Assembly: GCA_964352055.1 (NCBI GenBank)
Contig: CAYGQZ010000004.1
Coordinates: forward strand, 1 to 47,629
Length of the DNA: 47,629 nucleotides
Source of the DNA: an uncultured Rhodobacterales bacterium
GTDB lineage: Bacteria; Pseudomonadota; Alphaproteobacteria; Rhodobacterales; Rhodobacteraceae
Direction of reading: 5' to 3'
Part shown: positions 1-9,461 of the stretch, in pieces
Position numbering within the stretch: position 1 is the stretch's first letter
Layout of the letters: every line of letters begins with the position of its first letter
Notes under the pieces: model-generated
The model's input: only the letters and a program-made list of their open reading frames with translations
Databases searched by the model: none
Told to the model about the DNA's origin: nothing
Translations under genes and position numbers: made by a program

Positions 1-5
1 ACGTT

Positions 6-50
6 CTCAACCAACTGCAGAAATCGTAAGTTGCGAGCCCCCGCAACCAA
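6..50 (+). repeat. Left att-like site, degenerate direct repeat of 46831-46875, ending in a tRNA-fMet-3'-like CCCCCGCAACCA
   Basis: 36/45 identity with 46831-46875 by hand alignment. Internal palindrome GTTGCG(30-35)/CGCAAC(42-47). Minus strand reads LVAGARNLRFLQLVEN. Confidence 0.65.
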
Positions 51-64
51 CGATACTTACGATG

Positions 65-94
65 CCTCCGCAGGCCCTGCCGCGGAGGTTTTTT
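65..94 (+). terminator. Rho-independent terminator just inside the left att-like site
   Basis: CCTCCGC(65-71)/GCGGAGG(82-88) stem followed by T6. Confidence 0.7.
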
Positions 95-1030
95 GCATTT
101 TGGGACACCACGCGCCGAGATCGTCTGCAGCGCCCTCAGGTTAGGGCTTAGAGACAGTGCTGTCTTCTCTCAGTCCAGCCTGCGGTGCCCACAATTGTGG
201 GGCTCTCGGCTGCGTGGGCAATGATTGCAGAACGAAATAAATTGGTCCGGAGCCCAAGTTACCTCCCAGCGAGGAAAACACAGCAGCCAAGATTCGATAG
301 CTATTAGCCAGAACAGGGTGTCGCTACGCCAGAGTAATTGAAACCGCGAAATTTGGGCACGCCAGGGATGTAATTGGCCTTTAATCGGACAACTTCAAAG
401 CCGGCCTTCACCCCGCAAACAATTGCATCGATTGACGATGACAGATCGTCAGCGTCGATACAGTGATGGATGGTGTCGATTTGGGCAAATTTTCAATAAT
501 TTAAAGGGTAGCGTGTGCAGCACATGTTCAAGTTCTGATCGCGTGATTTCGCGCCGCGTCGTAGGCGTTTCAGTGCGCCGGCAGATATTGTTTTCCTCGG
601 GGGGCATGGTGTTCACCAAGGACGAGAGATCGATGATGGCCGGTTCGCTAGAGCTGCATGTTCTTCGGATGGCAGCCGTTCGAAGCGAGCGCTAGTCAGG
701 TCCGCTCTGCGGACTTTCCCGGCATTGCTGTTTTGGCATGTTGCTGACGCAGCATTTGCTTGCAGTTGCCGCGACGTGCGTATTGCATTGCGGCGGGGGT
801 CGCCAAAGCAGCCGTTGAAGTCTGCTTTCAAGCACTGATCTTTGACTACCCTTTCGAAGCAAATAGTTCATGCAGGCGAGTCGTCGGAGACGTCTATTTT
901 GCTTCGGCTGCGTAGCTGGACACTTTATTGACCTAACCAAACACTCGTTTTCTTTTCTCGAAAACGTTTCCCAAGATCGCCCAGATATGCAGCGGTTGGG
1001 CGAAAAATAGGCCGTTGTCCGTGCAGAGAG

Positions 1031-1097
1031 GTAAAATATCTTCACAGGCCGTGAAAAATACTTTCGTAAAACTCCATCTATGAAACAATCTTTTCAT
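1031..1097. promoter_or_regulatory. AT-rich promoter region with TGAAA-N5/6-TTTC boxes, candidate RpiR operators
   Basis: ATGAAA-caatct-TTTCAT at 1080-1097, GTGAAAaatacTTTCG at 1051-1066; similar box at 8371-8387. Confidence 0.4.
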
Positions 1098-1134
1098 GAA
1101 TAACTGACTCTCTGCTCCAACAAAGGATCAAATC

Positions 1135-2115
1135 ATGAAAGCTGCCAAACACCTGCTTTTCGCTACTTTTTTATACGCCCTCACACCTGTCATGACACAG
1201 GCGCAAGAAGTTCTTCAAATCAACTCCTCCCTGCCGGAGGGATCGTTCGCCCACACATTCCTGCTTGAGTATGAAACCCAACTCGAAGCTGCGGCTCCGG
1301 GCGAGATTGATGTGCAAATCTTCATGTCCAACACGCTAGGATCGGAAGAGGACGTGCTGCAAGGCCTGTCCTTAGGGACCCATCAGGCGTCACTTTCCGC
1401 CTCAGCCATTGCCCAGATCAACAGCCGCGCTGCGATTTTTGATCTCCCATATCTGTTTGAAAACCGTGCAGGTGTGCAAGCTTTCGCCGAAAGCGAAGCA
1501 GGCGACATGCTCAAGGCCGGGTTTGACGGAACGGGTATGGTTCTTGGGGCCATGTGGGATAACGGTTTTCGCCAAATCACTAATGCGGTGCGCCCGATTG
1601 TCGTGCCTGCCGATCTTGAAGGTCTGAAAATTCGCACTCCAACATCGCGCCAGCGTGTCGAGATGTTCAATACACTTGGCGCAAACGCCACGCCGTTGTC
1701 GTTTGGCGAGGTCTACTCCGCGCTTGACCAAGGTGTGATTGACGGGCAGGAGAACCCAGCCCAAGTCGTCGACAGTGCCAAGCTGTTCGAGGTGCAGGGC
1801 TATATGTCACTGTCCAACCACGTGTACCTGCCAACTTTCCTTGTCTTCGGCGAACCCTATCTGGCCAGCCTTGATCCCGCATTAAAAGAAACGGTCCTGC
1901 AAGTGGCAGCAGACGTCGCACCTTGGACGTTTAACTGGGGCGAAGAAACCGATGCGACTGTCATTGCGGCATTGCAGGACAAGCTGGCCGTGAATGAGAT
2001 CGACTTTGCGGCGTTTCAAGCTGCCTCAGCACCCCTTTATGAAAGTGCGACATTTGTGGACGTGATCGGGGCAGACATGATCGCAGCGACAAAAACAGCC
2101 CTCGGGATCGAGTGA
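1135..2115 (+). CDS. dctP: TRAP transporter substrate-binding protein (DctP family)
   Basis: Signal peptide; motifs FDLPYLF, NGFRQITN, GLKIR (carboxylate-binding Arg), EVYSALDQGVIDGQENP. Confidence 0.95.
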   Translation: MKAAKHLLFATFLYALTPVMTQAQEVLQINSSLPEGSFAHTFLLEYETQLEAAAPGEIDVQIFMSNTLGSEEDVLQGLSLGTHQASLSASAIAQINSRAAIFDLPYLFENRAGVQAFAESEAGDMLKAGFDGTGMVLGAMWDNGFRQITNAVRPIVVPADLEGLKIRTPTSRQRVEMFNTLGANATPLSFGEVYSALDQGVIDGQENPAQVVDSAKLFEVQGYMSLSNHVYLPTFLVFGEPYLASLDPALKETVLQVAADVAPWTFNWGEETDATVIAALQDKLAVNEIDFAAFQAASAPLYESATFVDVIGADMIAATKTALGIE

Positions 2116-2651
2116 TGCAAAGCCCGGCCATGGACCGCACATTTGCTGCAATTGAACAGGTCGATCAGCTGATCGGCAAGCTGTTGGATGTGATGGTGAT
2201 TGCCTTGGCCGGGCTTCTTCTTGTGCTGTTGAACTACGCGGTGTTCGCCCGGTTCATCCTGAATGACAGCGTATCCTGGGGTGAAGAACTGCCTGCTAAC
2301 ATCCTCGCAATGCTCACATTCATCGGGGCGGCCTACCTGACCCGTACGAACGAACATTTGGGGTTTGATGCGGTGCTGCGCGAACTGCCGGAGCGCTTAA
2401 AAACTGTTGTAATGTGCGGGAACCTAATCCTGATGGGTGGCTTTGGTGCACTTTTGGCATACTACGGTGGGATCGCTGCTGCGAGTTTTGGCACCCGTCA
2501 GTTGATTTCGATTGATCTACCGATGGCATTGTTTCGCGGGGCGATGCCTTTCGGCGGTGCGTTGATCAGCTTATTTTGTGTCATCCGGCTTGCCCGTATT
2601 GCGACCGGCCGTCTTAGCGCCGATGAGCTTTTGCCAGAAAGTGACGCCTGA
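2112..2651 (+). CDS. dctQ: TRAP transporter small permease
   Basis: About 4 TM segments, RFILNDSVSWGEEL and EHLGFD motifs, lies between dctP and dctM. Confidence 0.9.
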   Translation: MMQSPAMDRTFAAIEQVDQLIGKLLDVMVIALAGLLLVLLNYAVFARFILNDSVSWGEELPANILAMLTFIGAAYLTRTNEHLGFDAVLRELPERLKTVVMCGNLILMGGFGALLAYYGGIAAASFGTRQLISIDLPMALFRGAMPFGGALISLFCVIRLARIATGRLSADELLPESDA

Positions 2652-3937
2652 TGTTTCTTGACCCAGGCTGGATCATCCTGATCCTTTTGGTGATCCTGCT
2701 TATCGCGGGCCTGCCCATCGCCTTCGTTCTCGGCGTGACAGCGGCCACGCTGATCATCCTTGATCCGGCAGTGGTGCCCCAAATCATCGGGTTAATCCCC
2801 TTCGGCGGGGCCAACAATTACCTTCTGGTTGCGGCGTTGCTGTTCATGATCGCGGGCGAGGTCATGAACCAAGGACGCATCGCCGAAAAGCTGATTGCTT
2901 TTGCGTCCTCGCTTGTGGGCCACATCCGTGGCGGGTTGGCCCATGTGAACATTCTGACGTCCCTGTTCTTTTCTGAAATTTCTGGCACCGCCACGTCAGA
3001 TGCCGCAGCCATTGGGTCTGTCATGATCCCTCAAATGAAGAAGCGTGGCTATCCTGCGGCATTTGCGGCGGCTGTTACGTCAACGTCTGCGACCATGGCG
3101 ATTATTGTTCCTCCCAGCCTCAACCTGATCCTGTATGCCTATGTCGCCAACGCCTCAATCGCAGAGCTTTTCGCGGCGGGCATCATCCCCGGTATCATGG
3201 TCTGCGCCTTGCTGATGGGGACTGCTTATTTCATATCTGTCCGTCGGGGCTATCCAACCGAAGGCGCATTTTCGTTCAAGCGGGTGGTAGAGACCGGCAA
3301 AGACGCGGCGATCCCGTTGACCCTGCCGATCCTGATCCTGTGGGGCATTCTGGGCGGCATCTTCACCGCTACCGAAGCAGGCGCAATCGCGGCCTTCTGG
3401 TCGATCATTCTGGCCGCATTCCTCTACCGCACGATCCGGCTTTCCAACTTGATCGACACCCTGCGTATCGCGGGCAAACGCAGCGCAATGCTAATGTTCA
3501 TTGTCGCCACCTCGACCCTGCTGGGCTGGTACATGACCAATCAGCGGATACCGCAAGATATCGCGCAGGCGATCCTTGGAATATCGGATAATTATTGGGT
3601 CGTTTTGATTGCGATCAATGTGTTCTTTTTGCTGGCAGGCACCATCATTCACGGCACCCCCGCTATTCTGATGCTGGTCCCGATCTTTCTGCCGTTGGCC
3701 GACACGCTGGGGATTGATCGGGTGCATTTTGGGCTGATCCTGACGATCAACCTTGGTATTGGGCAGCAAACGCCGCCTGTGGCATCAGTGGTGCTCATCA
3801 CCTGTGCGATTGCGAAAATTTCAATCGCGAAGATCATCCCTTCAATGCTGTGGTTCATCGGGGCTATGCTGATTGCATTGGTGTTGATCAACACCATCCC
3901 CGCGCTGTCGCTGTGGCTGCCTTTGGTGATCTTGTAA
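2651..3937 (+). CDS. dctM: TRAP transporter large permease
   Basis: 428 aa hydrophobic; GHIRGGLAHVNI, SGTATSDAAAIG, IVPPS, TPPV motifs. Confidence 0.95.
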   Translation: MFLDPGWIILILLVILLIAGLPIAFVLGVTAATLIILDPAVVPQIIGLIPFGGANNYLLVAALLFMIAGEVMNQGRIAEKLIAFASSLVGHIRGGLAHVNILTSLFFSEISGTATSDAAAIGSVMIPQMKKRGYPAAFAAAVTSTSATMAIIVPPSLNLILYAYVANASIAELFAAGIIPGIMVCALLMGTAYFISVRRGYPTEGAFSFKRVVETGKDAAIPLTLPILILWGILGGIFTATEAGAIAAFWSIILAAFLYRTIRLSNLIDTLRIAGKRSAMLMFIVATSTLLGWYMTNQRIPQDIAQAILGISDNYWVVLIAINVFFLLAGTIIHGTPAILMLVPIFLPLADTLGIDRVHFGLILTINLGIGQQTPPVASVVLITCAIAKISIAKIIPSMLWFIGAMLIALVLINTIPALSLWLPLVIL

Positions 3938-4587
3938 TGCGGGTCTTGATCGTCAACCCAAACACATCCGAAGGTGCGACCCAGCGGATTGACGCGGCGG
4001 CCCAAGCGGTCGCAAACAAAGGGGACGTCTTCACGACGGTCTCTGCCGCCTTTGGCCCCGAACTTATCGTGACGGAGCGGGATGGCCTTGATGCTGTTGC
4101 TGGCGTTCTTGCTTCCGTGCAGGCCCATGAGGGGGTGTTGGATGGCATCGTTCTTGCCTCCTTTGGCGACACTGGTGCCTCGGCCGTGCGTGCGGCTTAC
4201 CCCGAGCTTCCTGTCATCGGGATCGCGGGGGCTGCTTTTGCCGCTGCCCGCTGTCTTGGGGGAACGTTTTCTATCGTCACGTTTGATGAAAGCCTATCAC
4301 CTGCTTTGCGTGACAGAGCGGCGTTTTATGGCATGCAGGATGATCTGTACCGTGTTGCGGCAGTGCCTCATGTCGGGGCCTTTGATGCGGCCACGGTTCA
4401 AGTCGACCGGTTTGACGCCATTGAACAGCTTTGCGTGGACTGCGCAAAAGATCCGATCACAAGCATTATTCTAGGCGGTGGTCCCATTGCCGGTTTGGCC
4501 CGCCGGATCAATCCCGGACGCAAGATTGCGATGATAGATGGTACACAATCGGCTATTGGCTTGCTGCGAGGTGCTGTGAACGGCTAA
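3937..4587 (+). CDS. Asp/Glu/hydantoin racemase family protein lacking both catalytic Cys
   Basis: ATG at 3937 overlaps the dctM stop (TAATG). MRVLIVNPNTS N-terminus. LASFGDTG and LGGGPIAG occupy the CFxDxG and LGCxG positions. Confidence 0.85.
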   Translation: MRVLIVNPNTSEGATQRIDAAAQAVANKGDVFTTVSAAFGPELIVTERDGLDAVAGVLASVQAHEGVLDGIVLASFGDTGASAVRAAYPELPVIGIAGAAFAAARCLGGTFSIVTFDESLSPALRDRAAFYGMQDDLYRVAAVPHVGAFDAATVQVDRFDAIEQLCVDCAKDPITSIILGGGPIAGLARRINPGRKIAMIDGTQSAIGLLRGAVNG

Positions 4588-5336
4588 GCGCGGGTGATCA
4601 ACGTTCCAGCCAAAAGTTGGGTCAGGTCCTGCGATAGGTTTTCAGAGGGGCCGACAGGCAGGTGGAGGTCTGCTTTCAATTTCGGCGCATCTTCGATCTG
4701 CCGCAACATTTCGCTTAGCGCTTCGAGCCCATCGTAAAGTGGTACCGCAGCATCTGGCTGCAATCTTGTCGCCATGCCAACGATCGAAGTTCCTAAGATC
4801 GCGATGGATTGGGCCCCTGCTGCGACGAGCTCTGTGGCCGCTTTCACGACGGCGGCGTCTTGTGAGCGAGGCGTCAGGTAGTCATCAACGGAATCGATTT
4901 CGATGGCGACGCATCCCACGGGTGTGACCCCGTACGTTTGGATCAGGCTCTCATAAAGGGCGCGGCTTTTCTCTCCAAAGAAAATGACACCCACAGCGCG
5001 TTCGCCTTGCGCTGCGGCATGCAACGCTGTGTTCGATATTCCGACGACAGGCAGGGGCAAGATCGATTGCGCGGCGCTCAGTCCAGTATCAAACGAAATG
5101 GCAAGGATCACGGCATCAAAGCCCACCACATGTTCTGCGATCAACTCAAGCGTTCCGTAGGCGGCGACCGTATTTTCGGCCTCGACCGTCACGATCTTCG
5201 CGCCGAACCTACCCGTAACCCCTTTAAACGTCAGATAAGGTGGCGCGATGGCCGTTATTGCGTCCACATAGGCCTGCGTCACGGCATCGGTTGTGTTGGG
5301 ATTAACGACCAGTATGCGTTTGGGTTCTTTGATCAA
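4584..5336 (-). CDS. Asp/Glu/hydantoin racemase family protein lacking both catalytic Cys
   Basis: RILVVNPNTT, LAISFDTG, ILGTSIVG motifs. Likely TTG start at 5336 overlapping the dctM stop (TTGA). Confidence 0.85.
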   Translation of the reverse strand: MIKEPKRILVVNPNTTDAVTQAYVDAITAIAPPYLTFKGVTGRFGAKIVTVEAENTVAAYGTLELIAEHVVGFDAVILAISFDTGLSAAQSILPLPVVGISNTALHAAAQGERAVGVIFFGEKSRALYESLIQTYGVTPVGCVAIEIDSVDDYLTPRSQDAAVVKAATELVAAGAQSIAILGTSIVGMATRLQPDAAVPLYDGLEALSEMLRQIEDAPKLKADLHLPVGPSENLSQDLTQLLAGTLITRA

Positions 5337-6613
5337 AACAAAACGTCCGGAAAGATCGCGATAAGTGCAACAACCAGTAGGATGCAGATGATGAAGGGCA
5401 TCACGCCCGCGATCACGGTGCCGACGTTGCCACGCCCGCGCACGCTTTGCGTGACATAAAGGTTCATGCCGACAGGTGGTGTGATCAAGGCCAGTTCGCA
5501 CATCAGCACAAGAAAAATACCAAACCAGACGCTGTCATATCCGATGAAGAGGACGATGGGTAAGACGATTGGGATCGTCGCAATCATCATGGCCAACGCA
5601 TCAAGAAAGCAGCCTAAGACCATATAGAGGCAGACCAAGAGCAGGACCATCACCACCGGCTGCACATCGAACGAAGAAACAAAGCTGGAGACCTGCGCCG
5701 GGACGCCCAACACCCCGAGGATAAAGTTCAAATAGAACGCGGCAATCAGGATCAGCAGCGTCATCCCTGTTGTTGTGACACAGGACAGAAATGCCTCGCG
5801 CAGCATCGCCCAGTTCAAGGTGCCGTAGAACGCGACCAACCCTAGGGCTGCGATGACCCCGACCCCTGCGGCCTCGGTCGGAGTGGCAAACCCAAGGTAG
5901 ATCGATCCCATCACTAGGATAAAAATCACGACCGGCGGCACAAGGTCGACAAGACGTTGGCGACGCTCTGGCCACGGGGCCATGGGCTGCGGTTTTCCCG
6001 CGATGGCGGGGTTCCACAGGCACGCAATGATAATGACGCCCATGAAGGACGACGCCAGGACAATGCCGGGTAAGATGCCAGCGGTAAACAAGGCTCCAAT
6101 GGAGGTATTCGTGATCGCCCCGTAGATGATCAGATTGATCGACGGTGGGATCAGGATGCCGAGGGTCGCACCAGACGCAACGCTGCCTGCCACCCAGCTT
6201 TCTTTGTAGTTCTGCTTGCGAAACGTCGGGAATGCGACCGTGCCAATCGTAGCCGCAGTGGCCACGGACGAGCCCGAGATCGAGGCAAAAATCGTTGATG
6301 CCACAATGTTGGTGTGCAGCAATCCGCCTGGCAGAGGGCGGGTCCAATCGGCTAAAGCGCGGTACATGCGCTCGGTCACACCGCCGCGCACAAGGATTTC
6401 GCCCATCAAAACAAACAGCGGAATCGCGACCAGCAGGAAGTTGTTCAGCGTCCCCCACATCATTGTGCCAAACGGGCGAATCATCGCGTCTCCGAAGAAC
6501 AGGTAAGCACCCGTCAACGCGACGACAAAAAGTGCCGACGCGATATGCAGCCCGATGAACAGCAAAAACAACAACATGCCAAACCCGATGGCGGCACCTT
6601 CAATTCCGAGCAT
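5333..6613 (-). CDS. dctM: TRAP transporter large permease
   Basis: LVAIPLFVLMGEIL, SGSSVATAATIG, GATLGILIPPS, ITPPVGMNL; start reset to ATG 6613 after AAGGGG. Confidence 0.95.
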   Translation of the reverse strand: MLGIEGAAIGFGMLLFLLFIGLHIASALFVVALTGAYLFFGDAMIRPFGTMMWGTLNNFLLVAIPLFVLMGEILVRGGVTERMYRALADWTRPLPGGLLHTNIVASTIFASISGSSVATAATIGTVAFPTFRKQNYKESWVAGSVASGATLGILIPPSINLIIYGAITNTSIGALFTAGILPGIVLASSFMGVIIIACLWNPAIAGKPQPMAPWPERRQRLVDLVPPVVIFILVMGSIYLGFATPTEAAGVGVIAALGLVAFYGTLNWAMLREAFLSCVTTTGMTLLILIAAFYLNFILGVLGVPAQVSSFVSSFDVQPVVMVLLLVCLYMVLGCFLDALAMMIATIPIVLPIVLFIGYDSVWFGIFLVLMCELALITPPVGMNLYVTQSVRGRGNVGTVIAGVMPFIICILLVVALIAIFPDVLF

Positions 6614-7211
6614 TGTCAGCCCCTTGTGCGGTGTCAGCAACGTAATTGCTGACTTCTTCGTCGACCGTGACGGGGCCATAGAATTTGGCGACAGACGCGC
6701 GATCCGTGACAAGCAGGTAGACCGCGTGCACGGACGTCAGGCAGGCGGTGATTGCAAAGAATGCCATGCCCAGAACCCAAACAGACTGGGGCACCCAAAG
6801 CGGTGTTTGCAACGGCGTGTTTGTGATGGAGCCAAAGCGCATGGTCGTTTGCAGCTCTGACCAGGCGTGCCACGTCATAAAAATGGCGAGACCTGCGATT
6901 GTGACCTGTGCCAGCACATGCAGCATATCGCCAACAACGCGTGGAAAGAAGCGAAAGAACAGATCAATGCGTGGATGCCCGCGCCGCAGCAGCGTCAACG
7001 CCATCCCAAGGGACCCTACGAACGCAAGAACATATCCACCGATCTCATCCGTGCCTTGCACCGAAACCCCGACGAAATCGCGTCCGATAATATCAACGAA
7101 GATCAGGACGGCCAAAACAGCGACCGCCCCCCCCGCAACAAGCGCAAAAAGGACGGCAAGTTTTTCAGCGACCACAAGGAACTGTGGCCGCGATTGGTTT
7201 GCATTACTCAA
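6600..7211 (-). CDS. dctQ: TRAP transporter small permease
   Basis: DIIGRDF..GTDEIGGY, GHPRID, TPLWVPQ motifs; about 4 TM segments. Confidence 0.9.
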   Translation of the reverse strand: MSNANQSRPQFLVVAEKLAVLFALVAGGAVAVLAVLIFVDIIGRDFVGVSVQGTDEIGGYVLAFVGSLGMALTLLRRGHPRIDLFFRFFPRVVGDMLHVLAQVTIAGLAIFMTWHAWSELQTTMRFGSITNTPLQTPLWVPQSVWVLGMAFFAITACLTSVHAVYLLVTDRASVAKFYGPVTVDEEVSNYVADTAQGADNARN

Positions 7212-8247
7212 GTGTCAGACCACGCGCGGCACCGACAGTCTCGTTCCAGATGCCTTTGCAACCCGGGTAAGATGCTTCGCATTTTTCAGCCCATTCGGGC
7301 AGAACCGCAGAAACCGAAATCTCGGCCACGGCGGCTTTGTCTTCGTCTGTGACAGGGACAAGCGTCATGTCATAGGACGTGTAGATACCGCCCTCGGGGC
7401 ACTCACCACCCGTGGAGCATGATTGCGCTGTGCCGTTGGTGTTGATCGCAAGATCCCAAAGCATGGCTTCCATATCTGCCATGGCGGTTTCAAACGCGGT
7501 ACGCTCGGCCTCAGACAGGCTCTCCAGCCACTCAAGGTTGACCATGTGTGACTGGATCGAACCAGAGACGGACAATGGGTACAGATGCGTCGTCACTTCT
7601 GGCCATTTGCCAGTGTTGGACGATGTGGGCGATGTCACACCACATGACGCGACACCGCGTTGCAGCGCGGGGTACACTTCAGGGAAAGACAGCGTAACGG
7701 GCGTGGCACCAAGGTTTTCCAGGAGTGTGGACATAGACGCTGTAAAAGAGCGGACCTTCAGGCCATCAAGATCGGCTAGTGACGACATCTCGGCGTTGCA
7801 CAAAAAAACCTGTGGGCCGAACGGCCAAATCGCCGCCGCCTGCACACCAAACTTTTCGCCCAAGCGGGCATTAAAAACGTCGCGGTAGGCGTCAACCACT
7901 TCTTTGAGGTCGGTCATATTGGTAGACACACCGATCAGGTCGATGCCTTCGAGGAACGGATCGTCCTTAGCCACGCTGCCAACTTGAATGGTCGCCATGT
8001 CGAAAGCACCTGTGCTGAGCAGGCGCAGACCGTCAGCAAGGTCGATGCCAACCGCCTGAAATTCACTGCGGGCGACATTGAAACCAGATGCGGCCAAGGC
8101 GTCCATGCCAGCCATCTCCGGGACGAATTGTGCGCGGCCCTCCTGGTTCTGCGTCAGGATACGCATGTCTTGCGCCGAAACTGACGTGGCAACCGTCATG
8201 GCCAGCGCGCCACCTAAAACTGCAATTGTGGATCGTAATTTCTGCAT
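7204..8247 (-). CDS. dctP: TRAP transporter substrate-binding protein (second subfamily, Cys-rich C-terminus)
   Basis: Signal peptide from ATG 8247 (GGGAG RBS); DLDGLKVRS and EVYPALQRGV motifs. Confidence 0.92.
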   Translation of the reverse strand: MQKLRSTIAVLGGALAMTVATSVSAQDMRILTQNQEGRAQFVPEMAGMDALAASGFNVARSEFQAVGIDLADGLRLLSTGAFDMATIQVGSVAKDDPFLEGIDLIGVSTNMTDLKEVVDAYRDVFNARLGEKFGVQAAAIWPFGPQVFLCNAEMSSLADLDGLKVRSFTASMSTLLENLGATPVTLSFPEVYPALQRGVASCGVTSPTSSNTGKWPEVTTHLYPLSVSGSIQSHMVNLEWLESLSEAERTAFETAMADMEAMLWDLAINTNGTAQSCSTGGECPEGGIYTSYDMTLVPVTDEDKAAVAEISVSAVLPEWAEKCEASYPGCKGIWNETVGAARGLTLE

Positions 8248-8342
8248 GGATGTAATCTCCCTTCGAGACAAGCAGTGAAACAACTCCGCCTCAAGTGGCG
8301 GACTCTGGTCGTGAGAAGGCCAGCGAGATGACGCAGACACAA

Positions 8343-8387
8343 GAAAATTCTCTTTTTCATAAATTCCTCAAGAAATAATGATTTCAC
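8343..8387. promoter_or_regulatory. Candidate RpiR operator boxes upstream of the second dctP
   Basis: AGAAA-taatga-TTTCAC at 8371-8387 and GAAAATTCTCTTTTTCAT at 8343-8360 resemble the boxes at 1051-1097. Confidence 0.35.
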
Positions 8388-8660
8388 AAAAAGGTAAACC
8401 ATATATTACACATAAAATTCAGTTAGTTATGGTTCTTTGGGCTGTTTGATTTGGCGATAATCGCCACATCAAGACACGAAATCTCTTACGCAAAGCCCAT
8501 TTTTTCAGCGCAATTGGTGAACGTAGCTGTTTAAACATGCGCTGGCGCGACACCGGTTAAGGTTCTGCCCACTTGCTGCCTATGCCGCTTGTCCAGAGGC
8601 ACACTGTACTGAACTGAAGGTACGACGTGGCTAAGACCAATTGGAGTGAAATGACCGAGC

Positions 8661-9392
8661 ATGAGCGATCAAAACAAGCGGGTGGGGATGTTGACGCCCT
8701 CATCCAATACGGTTCTAGAGCCCTATACATCGGCGATGTTCGCGCAGCTGGGCGGTATAGCAAGCGTTCACTTCGGACGATTCCGCGTGGTCGAAATCTC
8801 TATGCGTGAAGCATCCCAATCACAATTTACGCTCGCCCCCATCTTAGAAGCCGCTGAACGCCTCGCAGAGGCGCGTGTCGGCTGCATCGCCTGGAACGGC
8901 ACGTCTGCGTCTTGGTTGGGCCTAGAGAAAGATCGTGATCTTTGTGCCCGGATTGAAGAAGCGACAGGCATCAAGGCGACGTCGACAGTGCTTGCATATG
9001 AGGACCATTATGAGCGCACTGGTATCAAGACACTTGGACTGGTCACGCCATACCTAAGCGAAATTCAAGACTGTATCATCGAAAACTACTCAGCACGTGG
9101 GATTGATGTGGTCGCTGACCGGCGGCTTGAGGACAAAGGCAACTACAGCTTTGCAGACCACAGCACTGATCTGATTGCTGACATGGTACGCGACGTCGCC
9201 CGTGCCCGGCCAGACGCCATTGCGGTGCTCTGCACGAACTTCAGAGGCGCGCCAATTGCTGCGGAACTTGAGGCCGAACTGGGCATACCCGTCATCGACT
9301 CTGTTTCAATCACCGCCGCTCAAACGATGCGTATAGTTGGACTAGATCCTGCACATGTGACGGGCTGGGGTCGTATTTTCTCGGCGCTTTAA
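8661..9392 (+). CDS. Maleate isomerase / arylmalonate decarboxylase-like protein (Asp/Glu racemase superfamily)
   Basis: GMLTPSSNTVLE, WNGTS (Gly at the first Cys position), LVTPY, LCTN, LGIPVIDS. Confidence 0.85.
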   Translation: MSDQNKRVGMLTPSSNTVLEPYTSAMFAQLGGIASVHFGRFRVVEISMREASQSQFTLAPILEAAERLAEARVGCIAWNGTSASWLGLEKDRDLCARIEEATGIKATSTVLAYEDHYERTGIKTLGLVTPYLSEIQDCIIENYSARGIDVVADRRLEDKGNYSFADHSTDLIADMVRDVARARPDAIAVLCTNFRGAPIAAELEAELGIPVIDSVSITAAQTMRIVGLDPAHVTGWGRIFSAL

Positions 9393-9461
9393 ACGAAACA
9401 CGATTGCAGCCGCTCATGATTATCGGTTGATCTGACCGCAGAGGGATATGATACCCACACC

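Noticed and set aside
30-50. Possible tRNA-Met gene
   Set aside because: Only the 3'-terminal ~12 nt resemble it and no cloverleaf is visible upstream, so it is treated as an att-like site.
326-376. Short imperfect repeat ACGCCAG...GTAATTG, twice
   Set aside because: Only two short copies with unequal spacing; not a CRISPR or iteron array.
423-1045. Short ORFs 423-695, 613-831 and 692-1045
   Set aside because: No recognisable motifs or RBS; they overlap palindromic and promoter DNA.
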